Position numbers and translations under genes: made by a program. From an uncultured Myxococcales bacterium (GTDB lineage Bacteria; Myxococcota; UBA4151), in the NCBI GenBank assembly GCA_964013405.1, contig CAXGWI010000003.1, forward strand, positions 21,889 through 85,888: a stretch of 64,000 nucleotides of DNA, given 5' to 3'. This document shows positions 28,107 through 37,800 of the stretch, in pieces (positions within the stretch are counted from its first letter, which is position 1; every line of letters starts with the position of its first letter). The notes under the pieces were generated by a model, which was not told where the DNA came from, did not search any database, and saw only the letters and a program-made list of their open reading frames with translations.

Positions 28107-28699
28107 CGCTTCTCCGGAGCAAAGAGCGCTTCCCACGCGGGCCCCTCGTCAGGGCGAGCAATGAGTTGGGACTCGAGGAAGCCTGCGCCGGCACTGGCCT
28201 GAAAGTCCAGTGCGGCCACCTCAAGGTCAGCCTGGGCCCCGGTCAGCATGGCGATCCCCTTCCCCCCAATACCCTGCCCAAGGCGGAGGCCTGCCAGGCC
28301 GCACGCCACGGCTTTGAAGGCCGCATCGAGCCCTCGAATTTGACTACAAAGGCTGGCGGTCTCGACAAAGAGCAGAGCCTCATCGACTTCGAAACTCGCC
28401 GTCATCTCACCGGCCAGCCCTGCGACGACCCGAGCATGCAGCGCTTGGAGGACAAAATGATCGACGACCCGCTTTCCGCCGCAATGAAGGGCAGCGTCGC
28501 TGGCCCGCTCAACCGCTTCAACACCCCCGTCGAAGAGAATGAGCATGCGGCCTTGGGAGAAACTCTGAGCACAGAGGAGTCGAACCGTCGCGGCCTTCAT
28601 CAAGCTGTCGATGCATCGGGCTGACCGAGCAAGAGAGTCCAGTTCCAGTCCCCCCACGCATGAAGCCGTCGGCAGGGATTGAGACTGCAGGGGAATCAT
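28103..28699 (-). CDS. BMC-T shell protein (PduT-like tandem domain, divergent)
   Basis: Two BMC-like domains: 'GGLELDSLAR...DSLMKAATVRL...GGVEAVE' and 'LFVET...DAAFKA...LRLGQGIGGKG...IARPD'; ATG overlaps the AldDH stop. Confidence 0.8.
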   Translation of the reverse strand: MIPLQSQSLPTASCVGGLELDSLARSARCIDSLMKAATVRLLCAQSFSQGRMLILFDGGVEAVERASDAALHCGGKRVVDHFVLQALHARVVAGLAGEMTASFEVDEALLFVETASLCSQIRGLDAAFKAVACGLAGLRLGQGIGGKGIAMLTGAQADLEVAALDFQASAGAGFLESQLIARPDEGPAWEALFAPEKR

Positions 28700-30117
28700 C
28701 AGACGATCCGGAACCGATCCTTCAAGGTGCAACGCCGTATACGGGAGAAGGACAGTGCGGTGGTCAGGCCCTCCCCCGTCGGACTTGCGATGGTAAACGA
28801 GGTATGCCCCTCGCCACCGTGACCCAAGCCAGCAAAGTTACTGGCATTTTTGATGTAAATACTGGTGTTGCAGACCCGGGCCATCGCGTGGAGGTTGTCG
28901 AGATTCCGACTCCACATGCTGGCCGTATGCCCATAGCCATGCTCACAGCGCAGCGCACCGTCGATGGCAGCCTGTACATCTGGATAACGAACAATCCCGA
29001 CGATCGGCGTCAGCAGTTCGTGTTGAACGAAAGGATGACTCTCGTCGACGTCGGCGATGATCAGCCGGGTCTGGGCCGGTGCGCGCACGCCGACTGCATC
29101 CAAAATGAAGGCAGCATCTTTGCCGATATACTCACGGTTGACGTGGTTATCTGGCGTGATGATCAGCTGTTCGAGGCGACGGAGGGCATCACCTTTAACG
29201 AGGAATGCCTGACCGGTCGCGACCATTTTGTCTCGAAGGGAGTCGGCGATGGACTCCACGGCCAGCACCTCTTTTTCATCGGTGCAAATGATGTTGTTGT
29301 CGAAGCTTGCGCCCGCGATGATCCCCCGGGCAGCGGCATCGAGGTCGGCTGTCTCGTCGACGACGACGGGCGGGTTTCCTGGTCCCCCTGCGATGCAGCG
29401 CTTGCCACTGGTCATCGCCGCCCGAACAACCGCCCCACCTCCGGTCACAACCACCAGGCGTGTGCCACTATGAGTCATGAGGTTGCCGGCGGAATCAATG
29501 GTGGGCTCGGCGATACACGTTAAGAGATTCCGAGGGCCGCCGACCCCTACAATCGCTCGGTTCAGATCAGCGATAAAGCGAGCCGACAACCGCTTCGCCG
29601 CCGGGTGCACATTAAAGACTGCCGAATTCCCCGCGGCCACAAAGCCCAATCCATTGCAAAGGATGGTTTCCGTCGGGTTCGTGCACGGAGTAATCGCGGC
29701 GATCACCCCATAGGGGGCCCGTTCCTCAAGAGTGAGGCCATGGTCGCCGGTGCGAACCCAAGGGGTGAGGATCTCAGTTCCAGGTGTCTTCGTCGCAACG
29801 AGCCGATTCTTGTGAATCTTGTCTTCCACTCGACCCAGGCCGGTTTCTTGAACCGCGTCCCGGGCGAGGGACTCGAGTTGGTCGAGCGTGCATTTCCGCA
29901 TCGCCCCGACGATCCGTTCTCGGTCCTCTAGACTGAGGGCGACCAACTCCCGCTGGGCCACCGTGGCCGCGGTGATCGCATCATCGAGATCCGAGAACAC
30001 ACCATTGCCACCGGCCACATCCACCGGGACCGGCGCCGCTGAATGGCCGGCGCCGCCTTGGAGGCGAGAAACCACCTGATTGACGATGGCCTCAATGCTT
30101 GCGGAATCTAGGCTCAT
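28699..30117 (-). CDS. BMC-associated CoA-acylating aldehyde dehydrogenase (EutE/PduP family) with N-terminal encapsulation peptide
   Basis: 'ETGLGRVEDKIHKN', 'TPCTNPTET', 'GPGNPPVVVDETAD', catalytic 'NNIICTDEK', 'TIASPTGEG'; N-terminal helix 'SIEAIVNQVVSRL' plus linker. Confidence 0.93.
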   Translation of the reverse strand: MSLDSASIEAIVNQVVSRLQGGAGHSAAPVPVDVAGGNGVFSDLDDAITAATVAQRELVALSLEDRERIVGAMRKCTLDQLESLARDAVQETGLGRVEDKIHKNRLVATKTPGTEILTPWVRTGDHGLTLEERAPYGVIAAITPCTNPTETILCNGLGFVAAGNSAVFNVHPAAKRLSARFIADLNRAIVGVGGPRNLLTCIAEPTIDSAGNLMTHSGTRLVVVTGGGAVVRAAMTSGKRCIAGGPGNPPVVVDETADLDAAARGIIAGASFDNNIICTDEKEVLAVESIADSLRDKMVATGQAFLVKGDALRRLEQLIITPDNHVNREYIGKDAAFILDAVGVRAPAQTRLIIADVDESHPFVQHELLTPIVGIVRYPDVQAAIDGALRCEHGYGHTASMWSRNLDNLHAMARVCNTSIYIKNASNFAGLGHGGEGHTSFTIASPTGEGLTTALSFSRIRRCTLKDRFRIV

Positions 30118-30420
30118 CTAGGCCTCCCCAACGCCTTTGGCATAGGTGGTTTGCCCATCTCGGTCGACCACATCGACGATGGCCATGATCACCGCATCGA
30201 CAGGACGGTCTTTGGTCACCGCCGTCTGCCGAGCAGAGGATCCGGAGGCAAAGAGAACCAGCTCCCCGACCCCGCTGCCAACTGCGTCTGCGGCAACGAT
30301 GGGATTGCCCGCCGCCTCCCCGGCTTCATCCGTAGGCGCGATCAACATGAGCCGAAGACCATCCACGGCCGCCTCTTTGCGGGTCGAGACCACGGTCCCG
30401 ACCACTCGGGCTAATTTCAT
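30118..30420 (-). CDS. BMC-P vertex protein (EutN/CcmL family)
   Basis: '[15 protein letters not shown]...[20 protein letters not shown]...[11 protein letters not shown]'. Confidence 0.95.
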   Translation of the reverse strand: MKLARVVGTVVSTRKEAAVDGLRLMLIAPTDEAGEAAGNPIVAADAVGSGVGELVLFASGSSARQTAVTKDRPVDAVIMAIVDVVDRDGQTTYAKGVGEA

Positions 30421-30710
30421 TTGCCCGTCTTAGGCGCCCGGCCCAGGGGAAGGACCTCATCCACGTTGCCATGGGGCCGCGGAATGATGTGAACGCTGAC
30501 CAACTCGCCAACCCGCTCTGCGGCTCGGCTGCCGGCTTCCGTGGCTGCCCGAACAGCGGCCACATCGCCACGGACCACAGCGGTCACGAAGCCTCCGCCA
30601 ATCTTCTCGTAGCCAACCAATTCCACACGAGCGGCTTTCACCATGGCATCGCTGGCTTCCACCATGCCCACAAATCCGCGTGTCTCAATCATGCCAAGGG
30701 CATCGGACAT
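30417..30710 (-). CDS. BMC-H hexamer shell protein
   Basis: '[24 protein letters not shown]...[16 protein letters not shown]...HIIPRPH'. Confidence 0.97.
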   Translation of the reverse strand: MSDALGMIETRGFVGMVEASDAMVKAARVELVGYEKIGGGFVTAVVRGDVAAVRAATEAGSRAAERVGELVSVHIIPRPHGNVDEVLPLGRAPKTGK

Positions 30711-30756
30711 CTCAGCTTCTCCTCTTCGCCGACAGGTGTCGGTCCTGTCATCTCAG

Positions 30757-31377
30757 TTATTCATCTACGCCAGTGACGCTTTCGAGGGCGTCGATCGCGG
30801 CCTTGGCCGCCACATCAATTTCCGCTTCCGTCCCACTCAAGTAGAGCCGGCCGAAGGCACCGTAGGGGCGGACCTCAATAAGTTTCACATTCGCCGCCTT
30901 CTCCGCCTCGTTGGCAGCGAAAGCGATATAAGCAGCTGGCTTACACTCGAGGATAAAGAGGCTCTCCCCTGGCACGATCATCGAACCGAAGCGGAACTTG
31001 TTGATGACCTGACTTTGGTAGGGAGAAACAGAGCGAATGATCTCATTGGAGACCACTTTCGGTTTGATCCGCTGGTCTTCTTGTAGATCAAGGCCGCCAA
31101 GGATGGCTTTACCTGCCGCTTTGACCTCGCCGATGTCCTCGTGGTGCATCTCGAGGGAGCCGTAGGCCCGCTCAACCACCTGCATGGCCGGCTGACAGGC
31201 CGTGGCCTTCAGTGCTGTGTCAGTCACTCGATTGATGGCCATCCCAGGGGCGATCTCCACCCAGAGGGACGCCACGTAGGGAACGGGCAAGAATGCCCGA
31301 GATGTGGTCCCCACGTAGCCGGCCAACTGGGGCTGCATCGAATCGAGTAGGATAAAAGTCCTCAGGGTAGTGCTCAA
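30757..31377 (-). CDS. BMC-T double-stacking permuted shell protein (CcmP/CsoS1D type)
   Basis: '[15 protein letters not shown]', '[14 protein letters not shown]', 'VVERAYG', 'AANEAEKAA', '[10 protein letters not shown]'; TTG start with GGAGG RBS. Confidence 0.93.
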   Translation of the reverse strand: MSTTLRTFILLDSMQPQLAGYVGTTSRAFLPVPYVASLWVEIAPGMAINRVTDTALKATACQPAMQVVERAYGSLEMHHEDIGEVKAAGKAILGGLDLQEDQRIKPKVVSNEIIRSVSPYQSQVINKFRFGSMIVPGESLFILECKPAAYIAFAANEAEKAANVKLIEVRPYGAFGRLYLSGTEAEIDVAAKAAIDALESVTGVDE

Positions 31378-31473
31378 AAGGCGTCATCCCTCCTGTGAGC
31401 GGACCCTACAGATCTTTATGGAACAGGTCTACCGGGGGTAAGAGGGCATGGAGAGAGGCGGAGGTCCTAGGCT

Positions 31474-31800
31474 TTGAGCGACGAGAACAACCCATTGGAT
31501 GACCAACAGATCGAAGCGATGTTGGCCCCCCTACGGAAGCCAACAAAGCCCCGGTCTCGCCTGCGCCCGCTCGTGATTGGGCTCAGCTTTATGGCGGTGA
31601 TGCTCATCGCCCTTGTCCTGAGTCTACCGAAAAAAAGAACCCGCACGACCCAAGACCGGGGCGGCCCCGTGGCCACCTGTGGTAACGGTAAAGTTGAACC
31701 AGGCGAGGACTGCGAACCCCCGCTGGGAACCAATTGTGGCGCCGACTGCCTAGACCAAACGCCGGCGCCGCAGGAGGAACAACCCGCAGAGCAGCCATAG
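31474..31800 (+). CDS. Small membrane protein with a myxobacterial Cys-rich repeat
   Basis: GGAGG RBS before TTG; one TM; 'CGNGKVEPGEDCE...CGADC'; divergent from the BMC operon. Confidence 0.7.
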   Translation: MSDENNPLDDQQIEAMLAPLRKPTKPRSRLRPLVIGLSFMAVMLIALVLSLPKKRTRTTQDRGGPVATCGNGKVEPGEDCEPPLGTNCGADCLDQTPAPQEEQPAEQP

Positions 31801-34800
31801 GCCCAGATCCCATGGGCTGGTACCAGCACAACCACAGGGCGATTCCGGTACCGCAAACTCACCGACACCCGAGTTGGAGGTTTGCTCCGCTCGGACGGTG
31901 ATCATTACCGTGTCCGTGCCGGGCTCGAAGCCCTCCTCGGTGATGGTGAGTTGAAAGCCATAGCTTCCGCCTTCAGTGACCGTGAAACTGGGTCGTAGCG
32001 TGTCCGCAGCTTCGATCTCCACACGGGGGCCTTCAACCTGCTCCCACAGGAAGGCTGCAGTTCCGTCACTACCCCGCTGATAAGTACTCGCTGTGCCATC
32101 GAGAGCCACGGTCCGCTGGCCCTCTTCCGAAGACAAACTGACCCGGGTGTCTGGACCCGCATCCACGATGGGGCCGGCATAACGAACCCGGATCGTCACC
32201 GAGTCATCGGCCGATAGGCTTTCACCAGCATCATCGGTGGCCGTCACGGTCAACTTGAAGGTGTAGTCGCCGGGATAGCGTAAATCCACGGTGGTGATCG
32301 CCTGGGCGGAGGAGGCGATCTCGACGGGCTCAGGCCCTTCATCGAGGCGCCACGCATAACTCAAGGTGCCGTTAAAGGGATCCCGACTGTTGCTCCCATC
32401 CAGCTGGACCAAACCCGGATCCACCTCTTGATCAGGCCCTGCATCGGCAATGGGTCCTTCCGGAATCTCAGTGGCCACCGTGATGGTCCAGATTTGCGTA
32501 TCGACGAGGGCACCGTCGGTCACCTCGATCACCACTCGATATTCGCTTCCTGCCTCCGACAAACTCGGCGTCCAGCTGATCAACTGGTTCTCGTCGATGG
32601 TCATGGTTTCCGGGCTGTCCTTCAACTCGTAAAGCAGAGGGTCTCCATCGCTGTCCGAAGCCACCACTTGGTAGCTGTAAGGCAGGGTTGGGTAGGCTTC
32701 TGTTGGCGGCTGGCTCGTAAACTGAGGTGGTGCATTTTCCCCCTCATCGATCACGGCCAACTCGTATTCTTGCGTTGCGCTCCCACCGTTACCGTCGCTG
32801 ACCTGAACGACGACCGTTTGAAAGCCGAGATCGAGACGGGTGGGTCGCCAACGAATCTCGCCCGTCTCTTCGTCGATGGTCATTCCTGGCGGGTTCAGAG
32901 CGAGGCTGAAGACCAACTCGTCATCAGAGTCTGGGTCCGTGGCCCGGGCCGTGTATTCGTACAACTCCCCAATGCGGGCGATCGTTTCTGGGCTGCTGGT
33001 AAAGGCCGGCAGAGCGTTGGGCGCAGGCAGACTAACCACCACCTCCCAGGCTAGCTCGCTTCGGTTCTCTTCAGAGTCGGTGGCCTCCAATTTGAAACTG
33101 TAGCGTCCCACACCAGTGGGAACCCAGCTCAGCGTGTTGCAGCGGCTATCGGAGCATTGAGCGCTCGGCGGCCCCCGCACCAGTTCGACGGTGAAGGGAT
33201 CTCCTTCGCCATCAAAAGCACGAGGTGAGAAGTCGTAGCGCTCACCAACAACCCCCTCAGCCGGCGGCTCAGAACCAAAAACTGGCGCCATATTGACCGC
33301 CGGATTCAGAACGGAAAGTAGTGTCCGCTGCTCATCGAACAGACCGTTCACGTCGTCCACCCTCACGGTAAAGACGACGGACTCCCCGCCCAGACCCAGG
33401 GGCACGTTCCACCGCAAGACGCCGCTGGATGGATCAATGGACATCCCAGCCGGGAAGTCCCCCTCCACCAACGAGAACGTCATTCGGTCGCCATCAGCAT
33501 CACTGGCTTCGACCTCGTAGAGGTAAACCTCACCAGCAACCACCGAGGCCTCGGGGAAACTGGTAATTCGAGGCGCTCGGTTGCCTGGGTCCTCGTCCAC
33601 ACCCAGTTCCCAACTCTGCCGGTCAACGGCCCCCTGGCTGTCATAGACCGTCAGAACGACGAGGAAGCTTCTGTTGCCCTGCTCGTCGGTGGGAACCCAC
33701 TGGATGCGACCCGTTTGACTGTCGATCGTCATTCCCTCGGGAGCCTCGTCCAGATCCCAGCTAAAGACATCACCCTCATCCGGGTCATCCGCTCTGGGGG
33801 AATAGCTGTAACTTTGACGGGCCTGGGCAGTGAGTCTCGGTTCCGACTCGATTGAGGGCGGCCGATTGGGCACCTCCACCTCCCAACTGAGTGTATCCGT
33901 GCCTCCCCGGCCATCACTCACCTCCACCGAAAACTGATGCCTGCGACCGAGGTCACCAAGGGCTGGCGTCCACGTGAGCCGTTGGTCCTCGAGAAGCGCT
34001 GCGGCTGGTACTGTGACGAGGCGCCAAGTCAGGGGATCACCGTCGGGGTCGATCGCCCGTAGAAAAGTGGACATCTCGGTGGCCAGGAAGACCGAGGTAC
34101 GGGGCACCGTCGTGATCGCTGGCGGATTGTTACCACCTACGGGCGGTGACACGACCACTTCCCACCGCTGCCGGTCACTGGCCTGACCATCAGAGACTTC
34201 GATCTGGAAGACGTGCTCACCCCGATCCCCAGCGCTCGGAATCCAGAGAAGTGTCCCACTGCTCGCGTTGATCTCCGCCCCTCTTGGGCTTTCAAGCAAG
34301 CGCCAACTCAAGACATCATCGTTGGGATCAAAGGCCAGTGCATCGTAGCGATAAGCTTGATTGGCGACGGCCGCCGTCCCCGGTTCAGACCGGATCTCGG
34401 GGGGCTCGTTGAGGGGTTCTTCAGGCACCACGCTCACATTCCAGTTTTGCCGATGTACACCACCCCGCCCATCACTCAACTCGATGGCAAAACTCACCGT
34501 CCTGCCTAAATCGATATCGCTAGGGGTCCAGACCAACAGACCACTGGCGGGGTTGAGCACGGCCGAGGGGGGACCGGCGGTCAAACGCCAGGTCAAGCGG
34601 TCCTCATCCTCATCCTCACCCCGGGCATCGTAGCGATAGGACTGCCCTTCAGTAACCCGGTCTTGGGGCTCGCTAATGATCACCGGCGGGTTGTTGGCCG
34701 GGGCTCCATCGGTCACCGTCAAGGAAAGCGCTTGTGTGTCGGCCAACTCGCCCGGATCGACCACGACGAGAATGCAAGCAATGGTTTGCCCAATAAGTGC

Positions 34801-37800
34801 ATTGCTGGGCGTCCAAGTGACCATGCCCGTGTTCGAGTTCACCTCGAAGGGGCACTCCTCATCATCGACGAAACCGAAGAAGACAGGATCGCCGTCCGGA
34901 TCTTCCGCAGTCGCCCGATACTCAAACTGCTCGCCGGCCGTCGCCTGGTTCGGCGGACTCGACGTAAACTGAGGCGCTGTGTTCGCAGCCGGCCGCCCCA
35001 CACCAATTTGGAAGACCTGAGCGTCCCAAAGCACGCCGTCCCAGACTGCGAGGGTCACCGAAACGGAACGCCCATCAAGTTCCTCTCCCGGGGTCCAGGT
35101 CACCAACCCCGTGGCCGCGTCGACCTCCATCCCCTCGGGAGGAGACTGCTCTTCGGGTAGAACCCAAAACAAGGGGTCTCCATCGGGGTCATTCGCCTCG
35201 GCCGCATAACGGTATTCGACGCCTACCTCGGCTTCGGTGGGTGGCTCGGTGATAATCACCGGTGCTCGGTTTTGCGGGGGCGGCGGCTCACCGGTGACCT
35301 CGACGGTCCAACTCTGCTCGGCCGTGCCATCATTCTCATCCCGAACCTCAATTCGGAAGCTGAAGCTTTGTCCCTGCTGACCTTCGGTGGGTGTCCAGCG
35401 CAACGTACCGGCCTGATTGTCCATCGTCGCGCCAACCGGTCCCCCGAGAAGGGCGTAGGTCATTCGGTCACGGTCGAGATCGAAGGCTTGAATCTGATAT
35501 TGGTAGAGCAGATCGGGAGCGGCCGCGAGGCCCGGCGAAGAGGTGATCACCGGCGGTTGGTTGGCATCCCCTTCGCCCACCGTTACGGTCCAAGCCTGGT
35601 TCACCGAGCCACCGTTGCCGTCTCGCACAACAATCTCGAAGGCGAAACTATCGCCTTCGGCGCCTTCGGGCACCAACCAGGCGATACCATTGACGGGTCC
35701 CTGTTGAACAAAGCGTGCGCCGTTGGGACCACTGAGCAACTCATAGCTCAAGTTATCGCCGTCGGGGTCTGAGGCGGTGACATTGTAAGCGTAGAGTTGA
35801 CCGGCGCTGCCAACCAGGCTGGGGGATGAGGTGATCACCGGGTCGCTATTTTGATTCGCTCCCTCCACCACCCGGAAGGAGATGGTTTGCAAATCCACCA
35901 AGTCACCGGTGTCCACCACACCCAATAAGCAACTGACTGTGGTGTCGACAAACGGAGCTGAGGGCATCCACGTCAGTCGACCCGTCATCATGTTGATGAC
36001 CATGTCTTCAGGGCAGCGGTCCTCATCGATAAAGTAGCGCAGCGCATCGCCATCTGGATCCTCAGCAACGACGGTGTAGACGTATTGTTCGCCCAACGGG
36101 ACCTCGATGGGCCAGGCAGAGGTGATCGTGGGTGGCCCGTTGGCGTTGACGCCCACGCCCACATCGAAGATCTGTGCATCGAAGAGCCCGCCCTCATCGG
36201 CAGCGACCACGACCACTCGATGGGCTTCGTCACCTTGGTCCGCCGTCGGCGTCCAAGTGATCTCACCGGTTCGATTGTCGATCTCCATGCCATCGGGGGG
36301 CGGGTTGTCATCGGGAAAGATAAAGAGGATGGTATCCCCTTCGGGGTCTTCTGCGGTGACCTGGTAAGTATAGAGTTCACCCACTTGAGCGGACGTCACC
36401 GGCACCGACGTGATTGCGGGGGCTCGATTGGCAATATTTTGGTCTACAAACACCTGCCACCCTTGGCTGGACTCCGCCCCCTGAGCATCACGAATCACCA
36501 ACTCAAAGGCGTGGCTTCGGCCGCCTTCCGCCTGACCTGGCGTCCAGGTGAGCAAACCGCCTTCGAAGCGTGCTCCTGCTGGCGCCGTGGTGAGGTGCAT
36601 GGTGACAATGCCCCCCTCCGGATCATTCCCCTGGGGTCGGTACACATACTCCTCATCGACAAAGGCCGTGCCTTCCGGCTCGCTTGTGAAGACGGGGGGC
36701 TCGTTGGCCACCACCACCTCCACATCAATATCGATGACTTGCTGCGCCGTGGCGCCGCGACTATCGGTCAACTCCAAGGTCATGCGGCGCCGCTGGCCAC
36801 CATCCTGCGGCCCGGGAGTCCACGTGACCCGGTCGTCTCGGAGCTCCACGCCGGCGGGACCGCCCACCAAACGCAAGGTGACTGAATCCCCATCGGGGTC
36901 ATCGTAGGTCACGTCGTAGCGATAAGCTTCACCGACCGTCGCCGACTGACTGGGTACAGAGGTGAACACCGGCGGGTTATTGCCTGGATCCACGCTGGCA
37001 ACGACGAGCCACTGCTGCCGGGTACTGCCACCTTGCCCATCGGAGACCTCCACAACGAAGGTTCGGGCCACACCGTCATCGGCCTCTGTGGGCGTCCACC
37101 GGACCTGTCGATCCTCTAGGGTTGCCCCCGCTGGGCCGGTCAAAAGGGCGTACTGTAGTGGGTCCCCATCCCCATCGGTGGCCACCACATCATAGGTGTA
37201 GAGCTGGTCGATCTGAGCCATGGTGTTGGGACTCGATGTGATCACCGGATCCAAGTTGTCCGGGGCCTCATTACTCACCAGCACGTTCCACTCGTGCAAC
37301 AGCGACGCCCCCCGACTATCGGAGATGCGCACACGGAAGAACTGCAGCGTACCACCAAGCCCTTCACCCGGGGTCCATGTCAGCCGGCCATTGGGGTCCA
37401 TGGTGGTCCCTTCCGGCGCGGTCAACAGGTCATAACTAATGGCGTCGCCATCGGGGTCGGTGGCGAGGATCACATACTGATAGAGCAGACCAACATAGGC
37501 CTCTGTGTTGGGATTCGAGGTCACGAGAGGCCGGTTGTTCGGTTCCTCATCGACCTCGACAAACCACGTCTGGTTGTTCCTGAAATTATCACCATCTTCG
37601 GCCGTGAGAATGAACTGGTAACTGTTGCCCGCCTGTCCCGGCGTCGGGTTCCAGCGAACCAGACCAGAGTTCGCCATCACACTGGAGCCCGTTGGGCCTT
37701 GGTCGAGGCTGAAAACAACGGGGGTGCCCTCCGGGTCCACTGCGTCGGCATCGTAACTATAGGTTCCGCCCACAACCGCCACGAGGGGGGGCTGCGTGGT

